From: Thalia democratica
Taxonomy: Eukaryota
Length of the DNA stretch: 64,000 bases
Direction of reading: 5' to 3'
Assembly: GCA_965202585.1 (NCBI GenBank)
Contig: OZ241827.1
Location: 12,028,001 to 12,092,000, forward strand
This document shows positions 1-13,925 of the stretch, one piece after another; position 1 is the stretch's first letter; every line of letters starts with the position of its first letter. The position numbers and the translations under genes are program-made. The notes beneath the pieces were generated by a model. The model saw nothing but the letters and a program-made list of their open reading frames with translations. It ran no database searches and was not told the origin of the DNA.

Positions 1-389
1 ATAAAAGCGCGTTAAGACAGTAATTGCCAGGCCAATACACATTTAAGTAACAATATTTGACGGATCAGTTCAGTATACCATAAAATATAACTAAAAGATG
101 AACGAAAAACACAAACTTATTTAATGTCCTATATTTTTATTGAAGTTAAGGCTTATCAGCAAAAATAAGTTAGTTCTCATTAAATATGATATTAAGAGCT
201 CGTTTTTGTCAATTCAAAAATCACTACTCGATAATTTTTATGAGAAATTTTTGTTTTAAGTTTTTTGAAGAAGAAAACAGTTCAAGTTTTGACGTTAAGT
301 TTTAATCCTTAAATTAAATTAAAAAGAAGTTATGCTAATGTTATACTATTTATTTGCAGACAAAAATGTAAACAAACTATAAAATAAAA

Positions 390-1729
390 TTAAAGACTAA
401 AATAAAAGCATGAATTTTCCATTTCAAATTCAGTCATTGTTCTAGCTTGCTCCAGCAAATTGAATGTTGGTTGCGCATGTCTTCTACGACGAGCTTCTTC
501 TCTCAACCGTTGATTTTCTGCTGGTATTCTTAGTGGTGTTGTACTATGAGAAGTATAAATATAAACAGTTAATTATTTGTTTTCATTAGCTTATATGGAA
601 ATCACGTCGAGTTATGATGAATAATCAGTAACTTTCAAAGATTATATTAAATCTTTTTTTAACTTAATTTAAATTAAGCTAAGTTTATATGGAACAGCTT
701 TAAGGGACCTAAATAGCTGTATTTCATTAAGGATAATAAAATAAGAAAACCTTGCTTTTAAAAAGCAGACTATTTTCGCCTTAAAAATAAAATTATACTT
801 TTTATTTCAGTCAAGTTCACTGTTTTATGTACTAGTCTACTAATTAGTTTGACAAAAGATAGTGTTAAAACAATCAGAAAAATTATACAAAGTTCTACAA
901 CAAATTATTTTTTATTTTAACTCACTTTGAAAGGTGATCATTAGATTGTACATTGGCAACATTTCCCTCCAAGCTCTCCTTGACGATTTGCTCCTTGTTT
1001 TTAATAGTTTTTTGTTCCTTGTTCCAATCTCCGAAGGTTTCCTTTTGACTTTTTAAAATCTCATCAAAGATTGAGGTCGTTTGTTCTGAAATACATTAGG
1101 GTTACGTTTTTGCTGAGTTTATTTATTTTTTATAGACGTAATGTACTTATAATAAAATTATTAATTTATCATTCATTTTTGGATTAAGGTGTGCTATCTA
1201 CTTTGTTAAAAATGGAATTGACTATGTTAAGTTATTTGAATAATTAAAACATACGTTTAAAGTTTTTTCTATTGATTTTGCTCGCTTTTACTTCTTTGAT
1301 ACCTTTCACATGTTTATCGCACACCTGTTTAGAAATTTTACGGATTTAAAATGTAAAAATATATTTTGGTATACTAAATGTTTTATATGGTTGTTTACTA
1401 CAAACCTATGAAGTAACATAATAATTAAGTTGCTTAATTTCTAAAAGTAAAAATAGCAATTTTTCAAACTCTGTTTTTATTAAGGTTTTTTTATGAAATA
1501 ATGGTATGTTAACAAAAACATAAATTATTATTATTTAAGCAATCTAATTTTTTTTGGTTATAAAAAACGATGATTTTTTTATTTGTTTAACATGATATTA
1601 GAATAAAAATTTTGAAATTGACAATAAATACTTTATTTTAAAGTCTTTAAAAACTGTATTCTAAAGTTGTAGCAATGCACAGAATAACTTTACTGTATTA
1701 AATACTGTATAGTTTTTTAGTATTTCAGG

Positions 1730-1774
<45 letters not shown>

Positions 1775-4700
1775 CTGTATTCTTTCTTTTAATGCTTTAA
1801 GTATCTGTTAAAATCATTCGCATCCATTTTTTAAATCTAAACCAAACTTACAACAGTAACTTTATCTACCTTTTTATTCTCTACATCGTTGCGGGGTAAC
1901 TCTTTTAAATGTGTTTCCTCATTTGCTTCATTTCCATTAGTCAATTTTTTTTGGTAAAACAGCAAGTGTAAATCCCAAAGTGGTTTTTTCATTGCTAGTA
2001 GGCACTTTTGGAAGATTAGACGTTCTGTTTTGTTATAATTAATAAGAAATATAAAAAAAGCTTGTCACTTAGAACATAGCTAAGTTAGTAGATACATTCG
2101 AATTGTGTCTAATTAGTATCTTTAGTAAAACGAAGCTGCTTATTTTTTGTTAAGTATGTGACAACTTTGAAAGCTAGCATTATAAATAATCAGTAACTTT
2201 TTTTGAATTATCCTAAACATTTTTTAAAATTGAATCGAAATGATCTAAATTGCCATAGAACAGCTCAAAATGGACCAAAATAGCTTTATTTCGAAAGAAA
2301 GGGTGAAAAAAAACCTTGCTTTTAATAGGAAGATAATTTCTCTTATCAAAAATATAATTCTACTCTATCAAACTCTATCAACTGTAAAGAGCTAGTTTAT
2401 TTAACAACTTGATAAATTAGTAAATAAATAAAAATGTCCTAAAGTAGTTTTAAAGTTATACAGAGTTTCCAAAAATATTATTTATACAAGCTTAAACTCA
2501 CTTTTGAAGTCGATTATAGTTTGCACATTTCTATCCGTGTCCACTTTATTTTTTATGTTATGCGGTTTGTGCTGTAAGTGATGAGGACTTACTCTCTTAT
2601 TTCCACTTAATGTACTCCTTTTTTTTTATTGAAGCATTCTCGTTTGGATTTTTTCTGATGATCGTTTTGTCTGAAGTTCTGTTTTGTAATAAATCATCAA
2701 AAAAATTATAAAAAAACATTTCACTTAGAACATAGCTAAGTTAGAAGATACACGTAAATAATGTCTAATGAGTAACTTCATTAAAACTAAGGTGATTATT
2801 TTTTTAAATTGTGGTAACTTAAAGTTGTGTTCAATTAACATTAAATTAAAAGATTAATATTACATATTTTTGTGAGTTTAACAAAGTTGGTTGTAAATGA
2901 GTTACGTTTGCATGTCTATGCACCTAGTAAAAGCCTTAAAGTTTTCGAACTGTTAAAATAGGTCTTTTTTCTTTAATAAATTTATGATTATTTTAGTCAA
3001 AAGATATGTTTTTTGTATTTGCTAATTTTTGTATTTTCTTATATTATTTTAAATCATAAGTATTTTAATAAATTAACTTATACATAATTTTGAAATATGA
3101 CTTTTGATTTTATTAACATTTGTTTACATCATTGTACATCCGTTGTTAATGAAATATAATTTTTTTAGTTTTACATAAATAATATGTCTTACTACATTTA
3201 AAATAGATTTACTACTAAATCAGTAATAAGTCAATTGATTGCTAATACTTACACTTATTACAAATTAGTTAATGAATTAAATGAAAAAATCTAATATTTA
3301 TAATTTATCAAAAACTTATACACAAAGTTATTAAAAAACAAATAAGGTCCAATAAATAAACTAGCTTGTTAGAATATTTAAATCATTAAAGGATCATATA
3401 TACTCATCTTAAACCATTAAAAACCATATTAACTAGAATTAAATCATATACGAAAACAAACTATATAAAACATAGTAACTTTACATACAAATATTAAAAA
3501 AGTGTAAACCTACTAAACATACAGACGATTTTATACTCGTCGACTTATAAACATAGCTTTTAAACCTTAACAAAAAAGTTAGATTTATAGTTGAAGGTTA
3601 TAAATAAAGTAAAATAATTAAATAGTTTATTCAAAATCTTTACCTTTTTGAACTGTGCGATATACTTTTTGATCTCTTGTAGTTCTTCTTAACTTTTTCA
3701 ATTTCTCTACGGTTCTTGTTGTACAAAGTTTTTCTTGCTAGCTTTTGAGCTGAAGAGTCTAAAATATAAAACAGTATGTTTGAATAATTTTACTGACTTT
3801 TCTTGTTGACTTACAACTAAATTTAAATTCTGATATTTGTTCCTCTTAACAATAAATTGTTAATCTTTTAAATTATTGATAACAGAAACAAAACTTACAG
3901 TTTGCAGATTTTTTGTTGACGACGTTATGATACTTTTTAGTTTCTTTTTTGATTGGTCTGGTTGTTTTGATTTGAGAATGAAGAGTTTGACTACTGGAAG
4001 CCTTTAAATCTACTTCACGACTCTGTTTTTTTTTTGTGGTTTAATTTTGCTTTCGAATTAACTAAGTCATTTTGTGCCAAAGTTTTTTGATTAATCTATA
4101 CAAACTTTTAATAAAAAGCAATAAACATACTATTTTTTTATATAACTTAGATAAAGTATTTATATAACATTCTATATTTTTGATTGTATTCAACCTAGAA
4201 CAAAAGATGAAAAATACACTTGTTGAATGTTTGATTTTACAAACAAAAACATTTTATATTCATCAATATAGCTTTTGATAAAAAACTTACCTTGCCAACG
4301 TCTAAAACATTTTTGTTTTTCTTTCTGATTTACAATGGCGGTACTTTCTGTTGACCTTTGTCACAATTACTTTCATCAGATTCGATATCTTCTTCAAATA
4401 AACTTTTTGTAGCAGCGATAGACCTTTTTGGTTGTATTCTAAAGTTGCTATAACAATTTTTCAGGATTAAAAGTTTAAAATAAATAAAATATTAAAACTT
4501 TATAGAAATAAAATTTTAACATATTATAGACGTAAAAATGTTTAACTGTAAAAATAAACACAAATTATATTTATCAAATAAAAGGCTTTAGTCTATAAGT
4601 TTTACATTTGTTCGAACATAAACGTTAATTTTTAGAAGTAGTTTGCATAACTAGATTTAAAACTTTAAAGAACTCGTAGTTTATATTTTACTATATAGCA

Positions 4701-6371
4701 AAATTTATTTAAAGTATGTAATATAAAAAAAACTAACCTTGTTTTATTTTTTGTTTTCGGTAAAAATTCTTCATCTGACGAATCAAGTTTTGCAATTGAT
4801 GTTTTTTGGTTTGTCTTAAGAAATTTAAAAGTTACAAAAAAAGTTTTGATGTTTTTAAAATATAGTATAATTATGCTTTCCTTACTTAAAACATGTTAAG
4901 TTTGCATTTTTTTGTAGTAAGGTTTTTATTATTTAGGCAAAGTATTCCAAAAATAAGTTGAAGCATAACTATTTATTATTTAATTTCACAAAAAATTATT
5001 TTATAACATATAAAATAAAATAACACATTATTTATCGTTCCTTTTAAATTTTATTATCGGCAATAAACATATAATATTAACTATAGAAATAAGATTATAA
5101 ATCCTCACTTTTGTGGAGCTGCTTTTACTTCTATTCTCTTCTTTTGTTACCAGCTTACTAAATTGTCTCGTTAAATTTTCTTGAAGTTCAAGAGCCATAT
5201 CGGCTATTTTGTGTCCGGGCTGTTTTTTAATATTAGGTGTGAAATTTTTTTCTTAATTATTTAATATAGAAAACATTAAATTTAATTGTAGAACGTATGT
5301 TTCAACATCAAAAAATCAAGTAATATGTATTAAGTCTGTAGAAAGCAAGAAGCAACACTTAATCATTATTATATTATTATACATTTGTTTTATTAATGAG
5401 CTATAGTATTCCCTTTGAATGAAAAAAAAAAAAAACTTTAAACTTACAGAAATGTACTCGTAAGAGTTTTTGAACATCAATTCAAAATCTGCTAAACATT
5501 CGTCAGCATTTTTGTACATGTTGTTGTCCAGTTTTTTTTTTGATATCTCCGATGCACATTGGCTTTTTGATGACTTTAAAGTAGTCCTGTAAAATATTTA
5601 TTTCTATATTAGTTATTATTTTATAGTGTAATTTCCAGTTATTAATACCTATCTTGAACTATTTGTAAATGTTAAAATAATAGATACTTACAAACTTTAA
5701 AAAGAACACTTACAAAAAGTAAAAGCCAAAACTATAACTAAAAAGTCGATAAAACTTATGACTATTTTCAAAGTATATTATTTTAAACATGTACACTGTA
5801 ATGGTTATTATTTGTTCATTTTTGTTTTGTTATCTTGATATAACATCATCAATTATTAATAAGCTTTATAAAGTTTCAATTGAAAATTATTTTGTTATCA
5901 CAACTTGTTTAAAATCAACTAAGATAAATAGTGCAAGTTAAATCTGTAAACAATAAAACACAAACAGGTGCTCTAAGCTGATTTTTAGTAATATAATGCC
6001 AGTTTCAAAATGGTTTTAGCGAGTCAAACTAAAAAATTCATCAAATTATCATAAAGTCCATCATTAAAACCTTACATGCAATGATTCTTATTATTGTGTA
6101 GGCACTTATTTAGATTAGTTTAACAAAATAGTTGCTTTTTTAGAGAACTACAATATACTTAAAATTAACAAAAAACACAAATTTTATATATTGGGAGAAC
6201 TTTTTATGAATATTCACAAACAATAACTAAATACTGTTTGAATACTTCACAAAAACTTACCTGTATATCTTGCACAATCGGATCAACAGGGTCATGAAGT
6301 GGCTGGCTCATTGCGTGAAGGAGCATTCTAGGCATTATTTCTTTTTTGATGGATTCAAGTTTGTAATCCAT
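390..6371 (-). pseudogene. BET/BRD4-derived single-bromodomain gene, copy A (12 exons, disrupted)
   Basis: Exon 1 MDYKLESIKKEIMPRMLLHAMSQPLHDPVDPIVQDIQ; exon 2 DYFKVIKKPMCIGDI...MYKNADECLADFELMFKNSYEYIS; last exon ...EEARRRRHAQPTFNLLEQARTMTEFEMENSCFYFSL*. Lesions: +1 in an A-run in exon 2 (5532-5541), TAA in exon 5 (4330-4332), +1 A-run in exon 6 (4026-4035), +1 in exon 8 (about 2619-2627). Confidence 0.85.
1731..1770. repeat. (TA)20 microsatellite in an intron
   Basis: Read directly; the right-arm counterpart near 28271-28286 is shorter. Confidence 0.95.
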
Positions 6372-6599
6372 ATTTAAGTTTATTATTATGCTTCTGTTAT
6401 TTTTAATTTGATGTCATTTATACGTAAACTATTGAGTTTAGTTAGCAAAAAAGAAATTAAATAAGACTTACTCCTAGTATTTTATATCCACAATGAATAC
6501 ATATTTGTAAGAAATGTCTGAGCTAATACACACCTACTGTGCTCTTATTAGTCCTTACCAAGTATTATTGTTGTGTAAACATAAGAAGTGTTTTTAGAA

Positions 6600-8580
6600 A
6601 AATAAAACTAAAATATTAATAAAACACAGTTAAGGTATTATGTTGCTTGTGATGTACTCAAGTTTGTAAGATAGGTTTAAGTTTTTTATAAGTTATCTAG
6701 GAGTTGCTACCTAAGTGCATTTCTCCTTTCAGATTATACAAATGTCTAGCTAACAAATTCTTAGGAGGCACTCCTAACATAATCTTTTTATCTATTATTT
6801 TTCTAATAAAAATTAATTCTAAGTTTATTATAAATGTATTAATAAAAAATATAAGTTTTATATATATTTCTAGTTTATTTATTTCGTTTTTTATACAAAA
6901 TTTTTCGTTTCAAAAATAAAAAATGTTCTAAATACTAGGTTCGTACATTATTCTCATGATGTTGGAACAAAATTTATTAACTCTTAATGTTTTATTATAA
7001 ATCAACACAACTTTTAACATGCAACTTCAAATCTAACTCTAAATTTATTTTGTTTATAAAACTACCGTCTTTAAAATAAAATAACTTCAAAAGCATAACA
7101 TTTTGAATAGTTTTTCTCGTTTCGTGTAAGTTTAATAAAAAAACAACTAATATTTGTATGTATGTTATGTGACACAATATATTATACAAATGTTTAAAAC
7201 GTAATACAGAGTATAAAAATCATCGCTAGTTTACTAAAAATTCAGTCAGACCTAAAAAAGTTGAATCAGCAAAATGTAATAAATTGTATTTCTTATCTTA
7301 TTTTTTTAACTTTAATTTTTGATATGTTTCGGTTAGGTTGGATAGGGAGAAGGCTATCAATAAACTACTTATCAACAAAAGCTTTAAAAAGGCTGCTAAA
7401 TCATTATTTTTTTCAACGTTTTTTCAGACTGACTTGTGAATATAATTTCAAGAAATCATTAGATAAGCAATTCATTTTTTTTACATATAACCTTTAAATT
7501 TAAAAAAATCACAAAAAATAACTGGAAAACCTGGAATTGGTTCTTAGAAGAATAAAAATTAAATGTTCTAAAGTTAAGTGGTCTTAGGTTAAGTGTCGAT
7601 AAATGAATAAAACTAAATAATTAATAAAACACAATTAAGGTACTATGTTGCTCGTGATGTACTTAAGTTTGTAAGATGTGTTTAAGCTTATTATAAGTTA
7701 TCTAGGAGTTGCTACTTAAATGCATTTCTCCTTTAAGGTTATAAAAATGTCTAGCTAACAAATTCTGAGGAGGCACTCCTAACATAATCTTTTTATCAAT
7801 TATCTTCCTATAAAACACATTATTGCTATTTATTTTTAGTTTTTTATAAAATATTTTACTTTCTTTTCGCCTTTTTAATTAAGTTTTTTTTTTAATTTAA
7901 ATTTCAAATAAAATTAAGCAAATATTAAAACAATTAAAAGTGCGAAAATGATGCTCTAATTTTTATATAAATGTGTTGATAAAAATTTTAAGTTTTTTAT
8001 AATTTTTTTTTTCATATATTTCGTACTTTTTACAATTTTTTTCTTTGAAAATTAAAAATTGTACTAAATTCTAGGTTCGTACATTATTTTGATGATTTTG
8101 GAACAAAATCAATTAACTCTTAATGTTTTATTGTAAACCAACACAACTTTTACCTTGCAACTTCAAATTTAACTCTAATTTTATTTGTATTTGAAACTAA
8201 TGTTCTTAAAATTAAATAATTTATTAAGTAAAATATTTCGAATTTTTTTCTCGGTTTTATATAATTTTATAAATAACCACTAATATCTCTATGTATGTTA
8301 TGTGACAGTGTATATATTCAAATATGAAAAACGTAATGACAAGTATAAAAATCATCGCTATTTTACGTCAAACTCAGTTAGATCTAAAAAAGTTGAATCA
8401 GCAAAAAATAATAAATTGTATTTCTTATCTATTTTTTTAAAATTAAATTTTTTATAAGTTTAGGTTAGGTTGGTTACGAAAAAGGCTATAATTAAACTAC
8501 CAATTAACAAAAGCTTTAAAAAAATTTGCTAAATCATTTTCAAAAATTAAAAAATCATCATAAAATATAACTGGAACAAC
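6600..8580. repeat. Two diverged tandem copies of a ~1-kb unit upstream of BET-like copy A
   Basis: TCTAGGAGTTGCTAC...AGGCACTCCTAACATAATCTTTT occurs at about 6697-6790 and 7701-7795. It is mirrored in the right arm at about 22150-22250 and 23160-23250. Confidence 0.8.
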
Positions 8581-11500
8581 CTTGAATTGGATATGTTTTA
8601 TCAAAAATTTTTAATTAACATAATAAAACCTAGAAATTTTATTTAACATTCATCAAAGTTAGTGAAATTAAAAAATTGTAATTGTGGTGAAAACAATAGT
8701 AGCCTATTGATAATAATTAAGCTACTACAAACTGTAAATTCTTTAAATTGTTTTTATAGAATCAAAATGTTTAGTAGAAAAACTATTTTAAAACGGCTTT
8801 TAAGTTATGAAACTTTAGTTACGGCCTAGCACTACTTAGATTTAAATAAGATTATATTTATCAAGCTCTAAATTTAGTTAATCTATACTTTATTACAAAC
8901 TAATAAAAGCTAATTCCTCGCATGAGTTCAATTTTATTATTATTATTAATATCAATTATTAATTATTTTTATAATTAGTAAACATAAATTTACAACAAAA
9001 TAATTTTTAAGCATCATAAACCAGAGTAACAAAATTTTATAATGTATCATTTATTAATACAAACTATTAGGTCAACGTAAAAGTCAAAGATAAAAGTTTT
9101 TTAAATATAAGGAACATTTTAAACAGTTTTTAAACTGCTTATTGCCAACTGTCGTTATTCAAAAGAAAGAAAATTATATAATAGATTGATTAATTCAACT
9201 GAATTTTGTATCAAATTAACTTTATTATAACATATCATACCTATGTGTGAAATAACAGTTAATAATATACTTGCACGCTTTTCAAAGCTATTTAAAGATT
9301 TATGATAAGTATGTTATAAACTGTATAATTTTATGAAAAATATAATCAAATTAAGTTAAAAGATTAAGTTATAATACTTTGTTAATTTCCTTGTTAATCG
9401 CGTTAGTTAATTAAATTAACATATTTTAAGACTGTAAATTTAGTACCCTTTTCTAAATTAAAATGAATTTTAAATTTAACCTCAGTTTTTGTATTTTAAC
9501 TATTATATTTAATTACTAGTTGTTAAATTTCTTTGAAAAACGTAGTAAAAATTGAAATTTTTAGTTTTAGTAAAGTGAATTTTTATTTTTAGGTAGTTAA
9601 AATTTTCAGTTAAATCTTCATTGGCAACTCTATCATGATGTTTTTAACATAATAAAGATTACATATAAAATATCAAAATATACTTTCAAATCTGTTTTAA
9701 TAACTTGATTCCGTAAAATTTAAAATGTTGTTGTTATTCTTTCTTATAAGCATGTTATGTTATGAAAATACATTTTCGTAGGTTTATTTAGAATTGTAGA
9801 TAATAATCAACTAAGTTTTTGATCGTTTAATTACAACTTTATAAACAAACTTCTCGTTTTTTAGTAACAATTTTGAATAGAGTTTAGTTCTTCTTTAAAA
9901 GTAGAACCTACGAAGAATGTTTTTTTAATAATTTTACCCCGCCAGTAATTTTTAAATTATGAAATAATATCTAGTTTATACTAGTTTGAACTGATTTTAA
10001 ATAGAGAGGTTAGCTAAATAGTTAAGTTTTTCTTAATTTGATTACTTAGTTACTTAATTTAATTAATAACACTTAAGTACTTAAAGACTTAGGTACTTAA
10101 ATAATGAGTTTTCTTAGGAGAAATAACTGAAAGGCGTAATCATTTTAGAATTAATATTTTAAAGCTATAAACTAAAATTGTAATACTTTTTAAAAATAAT
10201 GCTACCCGATTAATTCTATCTAAATAATAATTTTGCATACATATGAGCAATTTTTTTAACATTATATTTTGATTTCTAAGTGTTAATAAATTTATTCTAC
10301 AATAATAGGAAACAAAATGATTAAATAACCATACTGTTTTTCAAAGTTTATATAGTTTTTTTGTAATTTTGTTTAGTTATAACAGATAGGCTAACTCATT
10401 CTAGTTTGAAGTATTTTGAAAACTCAGAATAATTCAGTCTTGTTTCTGATGTTTAAATATATAGGATAACTTAAGCAAGCTTATCACTTGATAATTTAAT
10501 CAAAAAAATAGATTTCTATTGATTTGAAAAAACTTATTTAGATACTTTTAAAGTTAATCAAATATTTTAAAAATTAATTAAAAAAAACTTAAGATGACTT
10601 AGTTTCACATCATCTTTCCAGAAGTTAGTTAGTTAAAAAGTACAAGAGTTTATTCATCACAGTTGTAAAGAAAGATGGTATTTTTCCAAATAAAGATAAT
10701 TCAATATTTTATTCAGTTGTAATATAAGAAATCAAAAAGACATTTTAACAATTCAAATTCTAATATATATATATTCAATTTGCTTTAAAAAATCATATAA
10801 TAGTTACCCATTTCATTTTAAAAAGTCTAAAACCAATTGTTTTAGTGTTTTCTCATGATTTTTTCTCAATTTTTTATTTGTTTTTTGTAAGGTGTTTCCA
10901 AAGTTTGTAGGGTATGGATTGTGGTACACTTAATTTATTGACCCTCCCCGTTTTAATTAACCCTACGTTATCAAAATACTTAGAAATACTAGATGTTATT
11001 TTAGCTACTTTACATAAATCAGAAAAGACTATTTTAGTAATTTATCTTTAATAAAATGAACCACTAAAAATTATTAAAAAAAAAAAAGTTAATTTTTTAA
11101 ATAAATTAGAATAAATAAAACTTTATAATAATTTGAGTTTAAAAATAATTTACAGGTTACATTTAGAACTATAAAATATTAGATAACTTTTAAACAATTT
11201 AGTATGGCCGAATAAAAACTTATAATACTTGAATAATAAACATACAAAAAAAATAACATGCAGTTCTAAAAATTGTCTAATAGTAACTTTGAGCAGTACC
11301 TCAATACTACCTCTAGGTCTTACCAACAACTATCCCAAAATAGTTAGAACATTGTCTTAAATACTTGTGTTCTGGTTGAATAATTTTGTGACAATCAATA
11401 TTACGACACTCAAAAACTTTAAAACAGGGGAAGATTAAATGATAAACGCGTGCCATTACAATTTAATTCGAATACATTTAATTTATAATTTTTTCCATGG

Positions 11501-11699
11501 ATTCAGACGAGACTATACAAATAATGAATATTAACTTAGAGTAAATTTGTAATATTCTAGACTAAAAATAGTCCATTAGTATTTAAAACTTTATTTTAAA
11601 CACTATTAAGTTCTTAAAAACTTCTTCAATAAAAAAAAACATACTTAAAAAAAAATAACAGTTTACTTGCGTTTTGTTATAACACTAAGTAAAATCTAA

Positions 11700-12595
11700 G
11701 GAGTCACATAATTTTGAATACAAAATATAAGATACAATAATAACACCTCGTCAAAGAAGTATAAATTTATACAATTTAATTTATCAGCGTTATAGGAGGT
11801 CTGAATTAATTAGTTTATAATTAAACGATCAATTGTTCTATAGTGCTTTGAACACATTTTACATTTTTTTTAATAAATAATAAACTGTTTTAAACTGTTT
11901 TATATGGAACTTATTAACTAACAATTTCACTGTACACTGCAACAATACAGTACAATGAACAAACAGTTTGTCTGTTTCAAATTAAAATGTCATGCTTGAT
12001 TGATTGTATAATTACTTTTCAGTAATAAATTCACAACTATGGTATGTGTAATGAAAATATTTAAGATTTTTATTCAAATTTGTCTAAAACCTGTCCACAG
12101 GTAATAATTTGCTTAAACAAAACAAAAGATTTAAATAAATTAAATCCTGATTACTTACATTTATAGTGTTTGTTTAGGTTGATTTGAAATAGTAGAACAA
12201 CTTCATATACTTGCAGTTCTAAACCAATACGCTTGAGAAAGTTTTTGGTGAAAACTATTAAAATTAAGGTTATGTTTAAGCTAATAATGTACCAGGCTTT
12301 CCCATAGTTAGCCGTTTCAGAAATTTTTGTGGCTATAGGCTGCAAAGGGGTAAAAAGGGGGTCGTGAGTAGTTATTCGAGAAATTCTCGGGGTAGTAGGC
12401 CGCAAAGGGGATCGTGGGTAGTAAAGGAGTCTCAACGGGACCATCATAATTCAAATCGTTCATTTGACATTCTGAAGTTTACAGTAAACCGCTAAAAAAA
12501 TATTTAAATGTAATATTAAAACTTGTACTAGAAAATCAGAGTTGATGGTGAAGGGCAAAAAAATGTTTTCTGAGTATTAATCGCCAGTCTTTTAA
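11700..12595. repeat. ~0.9-kb unit, copy 1 (direct copy at ~13067-13925, inverted copy at ~16670-17490, diverged homolog at ~41385-42405)
   Basis: Shared motifs CAGCGTTATA and GTACCAGGCTT...TAGGCTGCAAAGGGGTAAAAAGGGG in the main copies. Confidence 0.8.
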
Positions 12596-13066
12596 CTTTA
12601 TAATTAATGTGTATATTTTTTTATTTTTACTTGAACATGTTAATACTTGAGTTAAACCGTGCCAAAGACTTTTTAAGATAAAATTTTTTAAGTATGTATT
12701 TTTTTAATTTTTATACAATTATCTATTTAAACTTTTGACCTTCTTTATAAGCTCTTTTTTGACCGAAAAGTGACCGAAAGTAAAATGACTTTTAATAAGT
12801 TCAAAAGTAAATTTAAAATAAAAATGACCTTTTAAAGTTCAAAACTTAAGCTATTTTAAATAAATGAATTATATAATTAATATAAATTTATATTAATTAT
12901 AAAAATACAAAAAGTAGCTGTTCATTGTTTTATGTGGTTTTGAGATTACGGAGAATGGTAATGTTAATTTTTAAATAGAATTCACAAACTTATATTTTTT
13001 TATGAATCAGTTCAATAGCATTTATATGTTATTTGCATTTAATAATGAAATTAAACGAAATCAAGG

Positions 13067-13925
13067 GAGTTATCATAATTTTGAAGACAAAATATAAGAT
13101 ACAAATATTATACATTGTAAAAGAAGTATAAATTTATAGAATTTAATGTTTCAGCGTTATAAGAGGCCTGAAATAATAAGTTTAAAATTAAACGATCGAT
13201 TGTACTAGAATGCTTTGACCACAATTTGCATATTTTTTCTAAAAATCAAATAATAAACTATTTAAAACAAATTTTTATGGAACTTATCAACTAACAATTT
13301 TACTGTACACTGCTACAATACCGTACAATGAACAAACAATTTGTCTATTTCAATAAAAAATTTCATGCTAGATCGATTGTATTATAATTTTCTAGTAAAA
13401 AATCCACAACTATTGTGTGTGTAATGAAAATATTCAGGATTTTTATTTTAAAATATTCTAACCCAGTCCACAGGTATTAATTTACTTAAAAAACAAAAAA
13501 ATTTAATGAATTTAATGCTGATTACTTAAAATTTATAGTGTTTGTGTAGGTTGATTTGAACTAGTAGAACAACTTCATATACTTGCAGTTCTAAACCAAT
13601 ACACTTGAGAAAGTTTTTGGTGAAAACTATTAAAATTAAGGTTATGTTTAAGCTAATAATGTACCAGGCTTTACCATAGTAAGCTCTTTGAGCAGTTTTT
13701 GTAACTATAGGCTGCAAAGGGGTAAAAAGGGGGTCGTTGGTAGTAAAGAAGCCACAATGGGGCCAACAGACAATAATCTAAAGCTTGCACTTGACATTCT
13801 GAAATTTACAGTAAATTGATAAAAAAATCTTTAAGAGTATTATTAAAACTTGTATTAGAAAATCAGAGTTGATAGTAAAGGACAAAAAAAAACGTTTCCC
13901 GAGTACTTAAAGGCAGTTTTATAAC
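13067..13925. repeat. ~0.9-kb unit, copy 2, in the palindrome spacer
   Basis: Direct match to 11700-12595; 15615-15760 is likewise a direct copy of 12715-12865. Confidence 0.8.

Larger units (their letters stand above)
85..12764. repeat. Left arm of a large degenerate palindrome (inverted copy of 16499-30020)
   Basis: Collinear reverse-complement matches throughout, e.g. 421-545 vs 29538-29670, 5101-5225 vs 24680-24800, 9781-10140 vs 19000-19400 and 12600-12764 vs 16499-16700. Ends are approximate. Confidence 0.92.

Noticed and set aside
6704-7497. Short F/I/K/L/N-rich ORFs here and at 19877, 22419, 24051, 38077, 40161, 41136 and 53940
   Set aside because: Expected by chance in very AT-rich DNA; they lie in introns or repeats.
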